From Nitrospirota bacterium (GTDB taxonomy: Bacteria; Nitrospirota; Thermodesulfovibrionia; Thermodesulfovibrionales; JdFR-86), in contig CAVRJY010000001.1 in assembly GCA_963721805.1 (NCBI GenBank), forward strand, positions 768,001-832,000: a stretch of DNA of 64,000 nucleotides, read 5' to 3'. Each line of letters begins with the position of its first letter. Position 1 is the stretch's first letter. A program made the position numbers and the translations under genes. Below, piece after piece: positions 19,465 through 29,585 of the stretch. The notes beneath the pieces were generated by a model. That model saw only the letters and a list, made by a program, of their open reading frames with translations. It ran no database searches and was not told the origin of the DNA.

Positions 19465-20061
19465 TTGTGGGCCATCATCGGTCTCGGCAATCCGGGCGCG
19501 AGGTACGCGCACACGAGGCATAACGTCGGCTTCGCCGCGCTCGAGGAATTGTGCAGGGCGGCCGGGCTTCAGCTTAGCGAAAAGTCCGCTTACATGATAG
19601 CGAGGGGTTCCATCGAGGGCGAAAAGGCCGTCCTGGTGGAGCCCCTTACGTTTATGAACTTAAGCGGCCAGGCGGTCTCGGACGTAATGCGCCGCAATCC
19701 TTTGGAACCAGCCAACCTCATCGTGGTCCACGACGACATCGACCTGCCGACGGGCGCGCTCAGGGTGAGGTCCGGCGGCTCCTCCGGGGGGCACAAGGGC
19801 GTGGAGTCGATCATCCAGTCGTTGGGCACGCGCGAGTTCATCCGCGTGCGCATCGGGGTCGGGCGCGACGGGTCGCAGGATGTCAAGGATTTCGTCCTGA
19901 GCAAGTTCCGTCCGGAGGAGAAAGTGCTGGTTGGCGAGGCGGTGAGCCTCGCGTGCGATGCGGTCAGGACGATTATCTCACGCGGGCTGCAGGCCGCGAT
20001 GAACAGCCACAACCGTCGTCCGAAGCCCCCGAAGGCCCCGAAGCCGGAGGAGCAGGGCTAG
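19465..20061 (+). CDS. pth: Peptidyl-tRNA hydrolase
   Basis: IGLGNPG..Y..TRHNVGF, P.TFMNLSG, HDDID, GGHKG. Confidence 0.96.
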   Translation: MWAIIGLGNPGARYAHTRHNVGFAALEELCRAAGLQLSEKSAYMIARGSIEGEKAVLVEPLTFMNLSGQAVSDVMRRNPLEPANLIVVHDDIDLPTGALRVRSGGSSGGHKGVESIIQSLGTREFIRVRIGVGRDGSQDVKDFVLSKFRPEEKVLVGEAVSLACDAVRTIISRGLQAAMNSHNRRPKPPKAPKPEEQG

Positions 20062-20978
20062 AGGTTCGCCGGGTGCGTGACGACCTTGTTCCGGCCGGCC
20101 CGCTTGGCCTCATACAGGGCGTCGTCGGCCTCCCTCAGGAGCATCTCCATGTTGACGGTGTCACGCCTGATCTGCGTCACCCCAAGGCTGATCGTGAGCC
20201 TGAGCGTATCGTCCCCGCAGAGGAATTCGGTCTCGGACGTGGTCTCCCTCATCCGCTCGGCCACGGCCAGCACGTCCGCAAGCTCGGTCTCCGGCAGCAC
20301 GCAGCAGAACTCCTCGCCGCCGTACCTGGCCAGCAGGTCGATTTTCCGGAGCTTTGAGGCCGCGATCCCCGCTATCTCGATCAGCATGTGGTCGCCGCAC
20401 TGGTGGCCGAAGTTGTCGTTTACGCGCTTGAAGTGGTCGACGTCGAGCATTATGAGCCCTACGGGGCGGCCGTGGCGGCGGAAGCGCTCGAACTCCTCCC
20501 TGAGCCTCGAGGTCAGGTGGCGGCGGTTGTAAACCCCGGTCAGGCCGTCCTGGATCGAGAGCCCGATCAGCCTCAGCTCATAGGCCACGACGTCGGTCAT
20601 GTCGTTTATGCAGACGCAGACGCCGATGATCTCCCCGCCGGTGTCCCGCATCGGGAATAGCGAACAGCTCTGCTGCATGTGCGTGAACTGTCCGCCCAGG
20701 CTGCTTGGAGTCTTAAGCGGTATCAGGTAACTGTGCAGCTTCTGTGATAGGAACGTGTGGTTTCCGAACGCCAGGATGGTCCGGCACGTCCGGATGAACT
20801 TCGGGTTTTCGAGCATCGGAAAGCGTTCGAATACCGCCCTTCCGACTATCTCCGAAGGCGCGATCTCGCTGTGCACGTCCATCCAGCGGTTCCAGTAGCG
20901 GACGATGAAGTCACGGTCTATGACGAATATGCCGGTGTCGATGGTCTCGCAGATCTGCTCAAGCAGCGTAGGGTTCAT
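20058..20978 (-). CDS. PAS-domain diguanylate cyclase
   Basis: PAS N-terminus (GIFVIDR..VRYWNRW); DGLTG..NRR, GGEEF, RKID I-site; ATGA overlap with upstream gene. Confidence 0.9.
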   Translation of the reverse strand: MNPTLLEQICETIDTGIFVIDRDFIVRYWNRWMDVHSEIAPSEIVGRAVFERFPMLENPKFIRTCRTILAFGNHTFLSQKLHSYLIPLKTPSSLGGQFTHMQQSCSLFPMRDTGGEIIGVCVCINDMTDVVAYELRLIGLSIQDGLTGVYNRRHLTSRLREEFERFRRHGRPVGLIMLDVDHFKRVNDNFGHQCGDHMLIEIAGIAASKLRKIDLLARYGGEEFCCVLPETELADVLAVAERMRETTSETEFLCGDDTLRLTISLGVTQIRRDTVNMEMLLREADDALYEAKRAGRNKVVTHPANL

Positions 20979-21610
20979 AGGTGTTTTGCTATGTAATCCG
21001 CGATGGATTTCTTGAGCCATGCGACCGACTCGTAGCTGCTGATCAGGAACATGTAGCCGTCTATGTTCTTGCCCTCGAAGTGAAATACCGTCTTAAGCAG
21101 TATGACGTACCGCTCGCCCTCGAACAGCTCGCGCGGCAGGTCCGAGGCGTAGGAGCTGCCGCTGATGATGCGCGGCGGAAGGTACGTGACCACGTCGCCC
21201 ACGAGCTCGGCTATCCGGCTTACGCAAACGCCGATGACGATGTTGCCGATCTCCATCAGGGCCTCCTGCTCGAGCAGGTCCAGGCCGTAGGTGCCGGTAT
21301 CGCGGGGCTCTGCCCCGAGGAGCCCCAGCAGCTGCTGGCCGCTCTTTGTGGGCAGCATCAGGTATGCCAGGCCCTTGGACTTGCCGACGAAGTACTGCTC
21401 GACGAGGTTGAACCCTGAATCCGGCCTGACCTCCTTTTTGATGAACTCCTCGAGTTCGTGCGGCTTAAGGAGGTCCAGGTGGGGGACGTTCATGAAGACA
21501 TAGAGGTTGATGATGTCGTTTAGCTCAGAGGCCGCCTTCCCGAGAGCTATGTTTATGATCTCCTTGAGCGCATCGCGTTCGAACTCGTCAAGGTAATAGT
21601 CTTCGGTCAT
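20975..21610 (-). CDS. CheC-family phosphatase
   Basis: Two ExxN motifs (DALKEIINI, ALMEIGNI). Confidence 0.85.
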   Translation of the reverse strand: MTEDYYLDEFERDALKEIINIALGKAASELNDIINLYVFMNVPHLDLLKPHELEEFIKKEVRPDSGFNLVEQYFVGKSKGLAYLMLPTKSGQQLLGLLGAEPRDTGTYGLDLLEQEALMEIGNIVIGVCVSRIAELVGDVVTYLPPRIISGSSYASDLPRELFEGERYVILLKTVFHFEGKNIDGYMFLISSYESVAWLKKSIADYIAKHL

Positions 21611-22008
21611 GCAGCGCCCTTCGCGCGCTCCGAGGCCTTGCAAAACGCGTCCAGGACTTCCTCCCTGCGTGGGGGCTTGTTCAGGACCATGAAGGCCCCT
21701 CCGGCGTTGACGCGCTCGAGCGTTGAGCGCTGCGTGTCAGCGGTAAGCACTATTATCAGGGCCTCCGGCGAGGCGTTGCGCATGAGCCTGAGGGCCTCAA
21801 AACCGTTCATATTCGGCATCGTGAGGTCGCAGAGCGTCAGGTCCGGGGAGATCTCGATGAACTTCGAAAGGCCCTCGACGCCGTCGGAGGCCTCGTAGAT
21901 CTCGAGCCCGGGCAGGTCTGACAGGCACTTGCGCACGGCCATGCGCGCGAGCATGGAATCGTCTACTATCAGGATTTTTCGGATAATTGACACGGCTCCC
22001 CCCATCAT
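21607..22008 (-). CDS. Stand-alone response regulator (CheY-like receiver)
   Basis: ILIVDDS, DLTMPNMNG, LTAD, KP. Confidence 0.9.
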   Translation of the reverse strand: MMGGAVSIIRKILIVDDSMLARMAVRKCLSDLPGLEIYEASDGVEGLSKFIEISPDLTLCDLTMPNMNGFEALRLMRNASPEALIIVLTADTQRSTLERVNAGGAFMVLNKPPRREEVLDAFCKASERAKGAA

Positions 22009-22086
22009 CGTCCCCCCTGCATTTGGCCATGAGGCCGGTTAGATTATATCAGAAACAGTACAATTTTGTTGAGGCATGGACCAGGT

Positions 22087-22120
22087 AAAAAAACAGGCCC
22101 GGCAGTGCTGCCGGGCCTGT
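22087..22120 (-). terminator. Intrinsic terminator after cooS
   Basis: 12-bp stem ACAGGCCCGGCA/TGCCGGGCCTGT with U-tract on the minus strand. Confidence 0.85.
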
Positions 22121-22144
22121 CCGTGCTGGTCAGATCCAAGGCTG

Positions 22145-24151
22145 CTAGACGATGCCCTGGTGGGGTTTGACCGCCTTGTCCAGCTCGCGGCGAGCGGCCA
22201 TGTCCATCAGGACGCGCTCGGTGCCGAAGCGGCCCGGCTCGTACTTCTTGAGCTTCAGGGCGTCTCTGGCGTCGTCGATGAACTTAAGGGCGAGCGCGAG
22301 CATCTTCTCGGGCTCCTCCTCGAATACCAGGCAGCCCTTGTACCGCTCCATCCAGACGTCGGTCATTATGCGCGTGACCTCGGAGCTCGCGCCGTAGGGG
22401 TTCTCGCCGCCAAAGATGCAGGGCACCCCGGACGCAGCGAAGTAGCAGCCGATCGCGATGGCCTTCTCGGACATCCACTCGGGCGCTATGCCCACGGCGG
22501 GCATCCCGCCGATCTCGTCCGAGAGCCCGCCCTCGTTCGCCATTGCGGAGGCGATGGTCAGGATGCGGGAGTTGTCCACGCAGGCCCCCAGGTGCAGGAT
22601 CGGCGGTATGCCGATTGCCTCGCAGACCTCGCGGAGGCCCGGCCCGGCGTGCTCGAGCGCGGTCTCGGGCGTCAGGTATCCGAGCGCGCCGCATGCCTGC
22701 GAGCCGCAGCCGGTCGAGACGATCAGGACGTCGTTTTTGATCAGCTCCATTGCGAGGTAGGTATGCAGCCCCGTGGACTCCACGCGCGGGTTGTCGCACC
22801 CGGCGAGGCCGACCACGCCGCGCACGCGCCCTGCCATGATCGCGTCGTTAAGGGGCCTGAAAGATCCGCGGAACTGGCCGCCCTGCATGTACTCGATATA
22901 CTCGTGCGAGAAGCCTCCGATAAGCGGGTTTTTCTCGGTGACGTGGCTGCCGATGTGCTTGCGGTTCGGGAAGTTGTCTATCGCCATGCGGACGATCTTG
23001 CGGGCGTAGTCCTTGGCGTGGTGCTCGTCAAAGGGCATATGGGTCGCGCCCTGTATCATCGCCTTCTCGTTCGTGGTCACGAGGATCGTGTGGAACTTCC
23101 TGGCGAGCTCGCTTAGAGAGGGCATGATGCACTGCACGTCGACCGTGAAGAGGTCGATCAGGCCGGTCATCATCCCGAGTTCCTGGTTGGTGAAGCCCCC
23201 GGCAGTGGGTATGCCGTGGCGCATCAGGACCTCGTTTGCCGAGCAGCACATGCCGCCGACGTTTATGCCCTTGGCCCCCTTGCTCTTGGCGTATTCCACG
23301 AGTTCCGGCTCGTCGACGACCGAGATCAGCATCTCGGGGAACAGGGGCTCGTGGCCGTGGATCACGACGTTGACCTCGTCCTCCTTGAAGATGCCGAGGC
23401 TCGCCTCGGCGAAGACCGGCTTGGGCGTCCCGAACAGGATGTCGGTGATATCGGTCGAGATCATGCTCCCGCCCCAGCCGTCGGCGAGCGCGGTGCGCAG
23501 GCCGTGCGTGAGCAGGTGGTCGGGGTCGTGGTCGACGCCGATATTGGTGCGGTGCATCGCCTCGGCGATCTCGCGGTCGACCGCGCGCGGGGTGATCCCG
23601 TACTTGGCCCAGCGCTCCTGGGTCTTCTTCGGGGCGCGGCTTGTGTAGTTTATATGGCCCGGAAGCTGGCGGCCGAAGTCGTTAAGGAACGCCATGGCCA
23701 CGTCGCGCGCGACGTCCATGATCTCGCGGCCCTCGCCGTACTCGATGCCGAGATATCCGGCCACGCGGTAGAGCTTCTTGACGTCCGTGACCTGAAAATC
23801 CTTGGCCTCGCCGTTTGCGGCCGCGAGCAGCGCCAGGACCATCCCGCGCGCGTGGTCGGAGTGCGCGGCCGTTCCGGCCGCTATCTGGCGCAGGAGCTTC
23901 CTGGCCGATACGGTCTCGAGCTTCGCGCCGCATACGCCGCGGCCTTCCTCCTCGGCGGTCTTGCCGGTGAAGCGGCAGGGGCCCATGTTGCAGATGCTGC
24001 AGCACGCCCCGCTCGAGCCGATAGGGCAGGCCTTCATGCTCTGCGCGCGGTCGAAGCAGGTGGTCATGCCGTGGCCTTCGCCCCAGTCCTGCACCGTGCG
24101 CGAGACCGGGTTGGCGCTGTGTATGGTCGTTATAGTCTTTTTAATCTCCAT
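22145..24151 (-). CDS. cooS: Ni-Fe carbon monoxide dehydrogenase catalytic subunit
   Basis: CPIG..G.CCSICNMGPC, HGHEP, GMCC, DVQC, AGCDN, TGCG, GACVDN, WMSEKA. Confidence 0.96.
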   Translation of the reverse strand: MEIKKTITTIHSANPVSRTVQDWGEGHGMTTCFDRAQSMKACPIGSSGACCSICNMGPCRFTGKTAEEEGRGVCGAKLETVSARKLLRQIAAGTAAHSDHARGMVLALLAAANGEAKDFQVTDVKKLYRVAGYLGIEYGEGREIMDVARDVAMAFLNDFGRQLPGHINYTSRAPKKTQERWAKYGITPRAVDREIAEAMHRTNIGVDHDPDHLLTHGLRTALADGWGGSMISTDITDILFGTPKPVFAEASLGIFKEDEVNVVIHGHEPLFPEMLISVVDEPELVEYAKSKGAKGINVGGMCCSANEVLMRHGIPTAGGFTNQELGMMTGLIDLFTVDVQCIMPSLSELARKFHTILVTTNEKAMIQGATHMPFDEHHAKDYARKIVRMAIDNFPNRKHIGSHVTEKNPLIGGFSHEYIEYMQGGQFRGSFRPLNDAIMAGRVRGVVGLAGCDNPRVESTGLHTYLAMELIKNDVLIVSTGCGSQACGALGYLTPETALEHAGPGLREVCEAIGIPPILHLGACVDNSRILTIASAMANEGGLSDEIGGMPAVGIAPEWMSEKAIAIGCYFAASGVPCIFGGENPYGASSEVTRIMTDVWMERYKGCLVFEEEPEKMLALALKFIDDARDALKLKKYEPGRFGTERVLMDMAARRELDKAVKPHQGIV

Positions 24152-24160
24152 CTCGTCTCC

Positions 24161-26359
24161 TTATATGATCGAGGCCATCTCGAGCGCCGGGTGGCCGACG
24201 CTCGCGAGGTGCTCCATCAGTTTTTCGGAATCCTCACATATCGTCTCGTCCGCTATCTTGTCGAGCAGGTTCGGTACGCCTTCCTCCGCGGCGCGCGCGC
24301 TAAACGCGTCCTTGAGGCTCTCCTTGAGGTTCTTCGTCATCCATACGATGCGCTTCAGGCCCCCGTCGCCGGCGAGGAACTTCTTGCTGACGATGAAGTT
24401 GCGGCCGATGCCCATGAAGCCAGGAGACTGCATTCCTCCGCCCACGGATCCCGCGAGCGTCGAGAACTTCATCCCCGCCGGCGTCATGCCGGTATGTCCG
24501 CGCTGGACGATCATTATGCCGTTTGCCTCGGGCACGAGCGCGATGATGCACTCGAAGCAGCCGCACGAGGTCATCGGGTTTTCCATGATCGTGTAGAGGT
24601 TCACCGTGGGCACCGCCCCGCCCGAGGCCTTGTCGACGTACTCGTCCACGCCGGTGTACCGGCCGTAGCGGTCGTCAATAAGCTCGCCCTTCTGGATCGG
24701 CTGGTTGCCGCCCGTGGGGTCGATCTCGAACGCGGCCTTGCAGTCAAGCCAGTTAAACGCGCCGCAAAGACCGAGGCGTTCGGGCGTGACTACGCAGAGG
24801 TGGCTCGGTGCGAAGGACTGGCACAGCAGGCACGAGTAGAACAGGTCGACGCTCTCGTCCGTCATCGAACCAAGGCGATGGTCGCGCTCCCTATATGTGG
24901 CGCGGGCCTCCTCGAGGTGCTCAAGCACGTCCGCCTCGTTTACGTAGAGCGTCACGGCCACCTTGTCCACGATGCTCTTAAACATGTGCTTCAGCATCGT
25001 GGTGAAGATGATGCCGAGGTGCTCAAGCGTGATGCCGTCCTTCTGGGCGCCGTTGCTTATGCGTATCCAGTTCATGTCGCGCTGGCCCATGTGCCATAGG
25101 CCCTGTGCCTCGTTTATCGAGTGGTGGACGCGGCGCTCGATGACCGATTCGAAGTCCGGCTGCATCTTGCGGCCCGCGACGTCTATCACTATGCCCAGCG
25201 GCATCTTGCCGCCCTTGGCGTAGGTCTCCTGCCAGTTGTCGCCGACTATCGTGATCTTGCCGTCCTCGACCTCGTCGATCTCCCTCATGCGCACGAGTTC
25301 GAAGCACGGCGTACGCTGGCCGCCCATCTCGATGTACATGTCCTCCTTGCGGATGCGCTCGCCCTCGAAGGCCGGGCCGTATGCGACCGGGATCGGGGGT
25401 TTCTCGAGCACGATCTTGAGCCCGCGCACCTCGATGGCCTTCTGGACGATCTTCGCGTGGTCGAACTCCTTGTCCACGTGCTCGTACGTGCAGACCCCGG
25501 TGGGGTGGATGACCGGTATGTCGCTGTCCGCGATGGCCGGGAAGCCCATGTTAATGGCCCCCGCTCCGGTCGTCCAGATCGTGTCGTCAAGCGGGCCGAG
25601 CACGATGGCGAAGGCGAAGACGCGGTCTTTTTGGTACATCAGGTGGCCCTTGAAGTCCGCGGGCTTCTTGTTGCCGAATATCAGCGAGGCGCGGACGGCC
25701 CAGTCGAGGGCATAGAGGGTGTGCTCCGTAAGCGGCCCCAGGGGGACGATGCGCGTGTCCCAGCCCATCGTGACGCGCTTTCTAAGGAGCTGCTTGGTCA
25801 CGCTGTTGCCGTTGACGTTGCCCGAGAGGAACGTGAGGATGTTTTTTTCCTGAAGCTCGCGGACGATCTTCACGGCGGTCTCGTCGTCCGGGGCCGCGCC
25901 GATGATGGCGGCGAAGCCGGGCATCGAGCCGTCGACGAGCTGTATTCCCAGGTTGCGCTGGATGGTGTCGGTTATGAAGCCGTTGTACTCGTACCCAGTC
26001 TCCTCGTCCCTGCACGGCTCGAGCCCGTTGATGTAGCGGCACGCGAGCCAGATTTCCTGTGCGAACAGGCTTGCCATGCCGGAGTCGAGCGCCTCGCCAA
26101 GGTAGGGCTTCCAGACGTGCTCCTCCGGGATCGGGTGCTGGAGGTCCTTGGCGAACCCGAGCGCGGTGTGCATGTCGCCCAGGGTCTTGGCCGCAAAGCC
26201 GGTAATCGCGTAGATCATCGGCAGGTAGTACGCCGTGTCCGGGAACTCGAACTGGAAGTCCGCCCCCTTCTCCGCTATGGTCTTGGCGAGGAGTTCCTCG
26301 GCCTGGTTGACCATATTATGGGAGCCGCGTATCGCGGCCGCTCCGATTATCTTAGACAT
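24161..26359 (-). CDS. acsB: Acetyl-CoA synthase (bacterial type)
   Basis: FPDTAYYLP, YSCLLCQSFAP.H.C..TPER.GLCG, PMTSCGCFE. Confidence 0.96.
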   Translation of the reverse strand: MSKIIGAAAIRGSHNMVNQAEELLAKTIAEKGADFQFEFPDTAYYLPMIYAITGFAAKTLGDMHTALGFAKDLQHPIPEEHVWKPYLGEALDSGMASLFAQEIWLACRYINGLEPCRDEETGYEYNGFITDTIQRNLGIQLVDGSMPGFAAIIGAAPDDETAVKIVRELQEKNILTFLSGNVNGNSVTKQLLRKRVTMGWDTRIVPLGPLTEHTLYALDWAVRASLIFGNKKPADFKGHLMYQKDRVFAFAIVLGPLDDTIWTTGAGAINMGFPAIADSDIPVIHPTGVCTYEHVDKEFDHAKIVQKAIEVRGLKIVLEKPPIPVAYGPAFEGERIRKEDMYIEMGGQRTPCFELVRMREIDEVEDGKITIVGDNWQETYAKGGKMPLGIVIDVAGRKMQPDFESVIERRVHHSINEAQGLWHMGQRDMNWIRISNGAQKDGITLEHLGIIFTTMLKHMFKSIVDKVAVTLYVNEADVLEHLEEARATYRERDHRLGSMTDESVDLFYSCLLCQSFAPSHLCVVTPERLGLCGAFNWLDCKAAFEIDPTGGNQPIQKGELIDDRYGRYTGVDEYVDKASGGAVPTVNLYTIMENPMTSCGCFECIIALVPEANGIMIVQRGHTGMTPAGMKFSTLAGSVGGGMQSPGFMGIGRNFIVSKKFLAGDGGLKRIVWMTKNLKESLKDAFSARAAEEGVPNLLDKIADETICEDSEKLMEHLASVGHPALEMASII

Positions 26360-26474
26360 CCGTCAAAAACCTCCTGGGTCCTGTTTCGCGGCCGCCCGCC
26401 GGGGCAAATGGCCGTAAGTATAATGTCAAATGGCCTCAGCCATTTTCGGCCGGTCCGTCTGATGCCCGGTCCGG

Positions 26475-27812
26475 TTATGCCTTGCCTTTTAAATAGACCG
26501 GAAGCTGGTTGGCCTCACGCGGCCCGACCGTGATCTTCCAGCCTTCGAGCTTGTCCTCGAGCGCGCCGCTTAAGATCGCGACATAGCCGGGGAGGGTCAG
26601 CTCCTTCGCGGCCATGGAGTTTTCGACTCCGCTTTCTTTGATAAACGCCGCGATCTTCGACGCAGTGAACTTTCCGGCCGCCCATGCCGTGAGCACCGAG
26701 AGACCCTCGCAGTCCATGACCGCGAGGCGGGTGGGCACCTTGCTGTTTTCCACCTCGCCCGAGACGATGAAGTACGTCAGCGAGAAGTTCGTCGTCACCA
26801 GCAGGGGGGACTTGTCCGTCACGTCCCCGATGTTGTAGATCTTCTGCTCGACCTGCATCGGCACCTGGGGGTCGGTGTATATGTTCTGGCGGAGCGTGAA
26901 GAGCGCGAGGCTCTTCCACTTGTCCACGGTGCTCATCACTATGATCGAGGAGTATTTGGCGATGCCGACCGAGGCGACGAGCGCCTCGAGCAGGCTGTCC
27001 TCGCGCTGGGCGAAGGTGACGACCGGGTAGCCCAGGGGCTTGAAGGTCTTCTTGATCGCGGCGCGCCTGACATAGGTGTTGTTCATCAGTATCTGCCCGG
27101 CGGTTTTAGAGTTGCAGTCGAGCACCATGTCGGCCACCCCGGCGGCCTTGACCTTCTCGGTCAGCTCGCTGAGTTCCTCGAGCGTGCCCGCCACGCCAAG
27201 CGATGCGCCGGCAGCCTTTGCGGTCGCGGCCATAGCCTCCAGGTTCGAGGCGTTCGCGCCGTGCAGCACCGGCTTTTTGCCGCTGAACGCCGCAAGCGCG
27301 GCCTTCGCGGCCTCGGCGTTGCCGGTCGAGAGCATCACCGGCAGGTCGGGCGCTGCGGCAGCCACGGCCTTTGCGGCAGCCGCGAACTTGGCGGCGTCGC
27401 CCGAGACGTTCGTGATGCATACCATATCGATGCGGAGCCTCTGCCCGACGCGCTCCATCTCGGAGGCGGCGACATCGGCCACGGTCTTCTTGATCTCGTC
27501 CTCGCTCGCGGTGTCCTTGATCTCGACCGCGAAGGCGCAGGGGTTTACGAACTTCTTCTCGTGGCGGAACATTACGGTCTCATCCCCGAGCTTTACGGCT
27601 TTGTCACCCGCGCCAATGACGATGGTCCTTACAGGCGGGGCCGAGGCCTCGCCGAGCTGGGCCTTGACGTCCTCCGAGACGTCCGGGCAGAGGTCTATGG
27701 TCGCCTGCCTCTGGGCAAGCTTCATCGCGAACGCCAGGCAGGTCGGAAACCCGCACTTCTTGCAGTTCGTCTTGGGGAGCATCTTGAATATCTCGACTCC
27801 GGTCAGTGCCAT
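26475..27812 (-). CDS. acsC: Corrinoid Fe-S protein large subunit
   Basis: LPKTNCKKCGFPTCLAFA, RQNIYTDPQ, TTNFSLTYF, AWAAGKF. Confidence 0.96.
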   Translation of the reverse strand: MALTGVEIFKMLPKTNCKKCGFPTCLAFAMKLAQRQATIDLCPDVSEDVKAQLGEASAPPVRTIVIGAGDKAVKLGDETVMFRHEKKFVNPCAFAVEIKDTASEDEIKKTVADVAASEMERVGQRLRIDMVCITNVSGDAAKFAAAAKAVAAAAPDLPVMLSTGNAEAAKAALAAFSGKKPVLHGANASNLEAMAATAKAAGASLGVAGTLEELSELTEKVKAAGVADMVLDCNSKTAGQILMNNTYVRRAAIKKTFKPLGYPVVTFAQREDSLLEALVASVGIAKYSSIIVMSTVDKWKSLALFTLRQNIYTDPQVPMQVEQKIYNIGDVTDKSPLLVTTNFSLTYFIVSGEVENSKVPTRLAVMDCEGLSVLTAWAAGKFTASKIAAFIKESGVENSMAAKELTLPGYVAILSGALEDKLEGWKITVGPREANQLPVYLKGKA

Positions 27813-27818
27813 GTTTGC

Positions 27819-28763
27819 CTATCCCTCCATCTCTGCGATGAGCTTGTCTACTGCTGCCACGGCCATGGGGTGCCTCATGATGATGAGTTCAGCCCCCGCC
27901 AAGAGGAACGCCGAGGCCGTAACTGCCTCCCACGCCACGCCGCGCTCCTCCAACGAGCCCCATGCCGGGAGGTCGGCCTCCGGGGCCTGCGTTTCCTTGA
28001 CCTTCCAGACGTACATGCCCACGTCGGCAAGCATCGGGGGCTGCATCGTCAGGTCGTTTTGCGTAAGCGCGGCAAGCCTGATGCGCTCCATGACCGAATA
28101 GGTGTACTCAAGCCCGTAGCCCAGAGCGGAGGACATCGGGTCGGTGATGAGCTTCTCTTTCTCGAAACCCATCTGCGTCAGCAGGATGTTGAGCTGCTTT
28201 GAGAGGTTGATGTCGAGTTCGCTCATCGCAATGAGCTTGTGGTCGTTGGCCATCGCGGCCGCGGCGATCGTCTTGTAGTTGGCCTCCTGGGCCTTGCCGA
28301 GGAGTATGTTGCGGCCCTTTGCGGCCTCCGCGACCCTAACGAGCACGGCGGAGTCCTTCTCGACCTGGTTGCTGCCCATTATGATCAGCGGGATGTCGAC
28401 CGCGTTCATCACGTCCGTGACGGTCTTGACGGCTTCCTCGGCCGAGCGGTTCTCGCGGTCCGGGTGCGTGCCGATCAGGCGCAGGGCAATGGCCTTCGCG
28501 CCGAGTTTTTCCTTGCAGTGCCTGGCCCAGGTGACGGGGTCGCCCGAGACGCCCTCATACGCGGCCTGTACGGAAGCGGGCCAGTCCGTCGGGGGGACGT
28601 CCTGGATCTCGTATGCTATGACGGGCTTGTTCGGGGTAACGCCCTCGAAGCCGTGGAACTGCAGCACGTTTTCCCCTCCAACGGTGACGGACGCGCTCCC
28701 GGTGCCGATCGTAACGGGGTAGACCTTGCCGGAGTAAGTCTCTTTCGGCGGTGTGAATGCCAT
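27819..28763 (-). CDS. acsD: Corrinoid Fe-S protein small subunit
   Basis: DINLSKQLN, ALGYGLEYTYSVMERIR, MRHP. Confidence 0.95.
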   Translation of the reverse strand: MAFTPPKETYSGKVYPVTIGTGSASVTVGGENVLQFHGFEGVTPNKPVIAYEIQDVPPTDWPASVQAAYEGVSGDPVTWARHCKEKLGAKAIALRLIGTHPDRENRSAEEAVKTVTDVMNAVDIPLIIMGSNQVEKDSAVLVRVAEAAKGRNILLGKAQEANYKTIAAAAMANDHKLIAMSELDINLSKQLNILLTQMGFEKEKLITDPMSSALGYGLEYTYSVMERIRLAALTQNDLTMQPPMLADVGMYVWKVKETQAPEADLPAWGSLEERGVAWEAVTASAFLLAGAELIIMRHPMAVAAVDKLIAEMEG

Positions 28764-28802
28764 GCTGAAAAGCCTCCTTGTATATTATTGTTGTTACGTT
28801 AG

Positions 28803-29585
28803 TTACATTTCAAGGTACGAATGCGCGTACAGCGTCCTACCCTGGATGATGTCAAGGGTCTTGACGACCTCGTTTACCTCGTGGGCGTCCGCGATGACGG
28901 CTGTCAGGCCCTCGTACATCAGGAGCTCGAAGAAGTACTTGTTGATGATCGGCCTCATTAGCTTGGGCGCGCCGTTTGAGATGTTGCTGAGCCCGACGAC
29001 GGTCTTCATCGGCGGATCGTTGAGCTCCTGGAACATCTTGATGGCTTTGATGACGTGCAGGGCCTGGTCCTGCGTGGTCGCTATCTGAAGCACGAGGGGA
29101 TCGAGGTAGAGGTCCTCGACCGGGACGCCGTATTCCATGGCGCGGGCCATCATCTCGGCCGCTATGCCGCAGCGCTCCTCGGCGTCGGCCGGGAGGCCGC
29201 CCTTGCCGACCGTCAGGGCGATGACCTGACAATTATATTTGGCTGCGAGTTCGAGGATTGGGAAGCGCTCGGGGTCGTTGGACGTTGAGTTGATGAGCGC
29301 GCGGCCCCATGCGTTATTGTGGACCTTGAGGCCGGCCTCGATGGCCTTGCCGTTCGTGGTGTCGAGGCAGACCGGAAGCTGTACGACCTCCTGGATGGTC
29401 GTGACCATCCACTGCATGAGGTCCTCGCCCCCGTCCTCGGCAGGGCCTATGTTGGCGTCAATCATGCCCGAGCCCTCTTTGGCCTGACGAAGTGCGATCT
29501 CCTGGATCGGGCCCTTGTCCCGGCTCATCATCGCCTCTCTGACTCTCTTTGCGATAATGCTCAGTTTTTCTCCTATAATCAGCAT
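28803..29585 (-). CDS. acsE: Methyltetrahydrofolate:corrinoid Fe-S protein methyltransferase
   Basis: MLIIGEK, CLDT.N, INS, LDP, GLSNISNG pterin-binding barrel; operon context. Confidence 0.92.
   Translation of the reverse strand: MLIIGEKLSIIAKRVREAMMSRDKGPIQEIALRQAKEGSGMIDANIGPAEDGGEDLMQWMVTTIQEVVQLPVCLDTTNGKAIEAGLKVHNNAWGRALINSTSNDPERFPILELAAKYNCQVIALTVGKGGLPADAEERCGIAAEMMARAMEYGVPVEDLYLDPLVLQIATTQDQALHVIKAIKMFQELNDPPMKTVVGLSNISNGAPKLMRPIINKYFFELLMYEGLTAVIADAHEVNEVVKTLDIIQGRTLYAHSYLEM

Noticed and set aside
15003..26533. Long antisense or alternate-frame ORFs (for example 15003-16607, 23216-25099, 25121-26533; also 6275-7657 and 54235-55554)
   Set aside because: Shadow ORFs of GC-rich genes with no recognisable motifs, overlapping well-supported CDSs.
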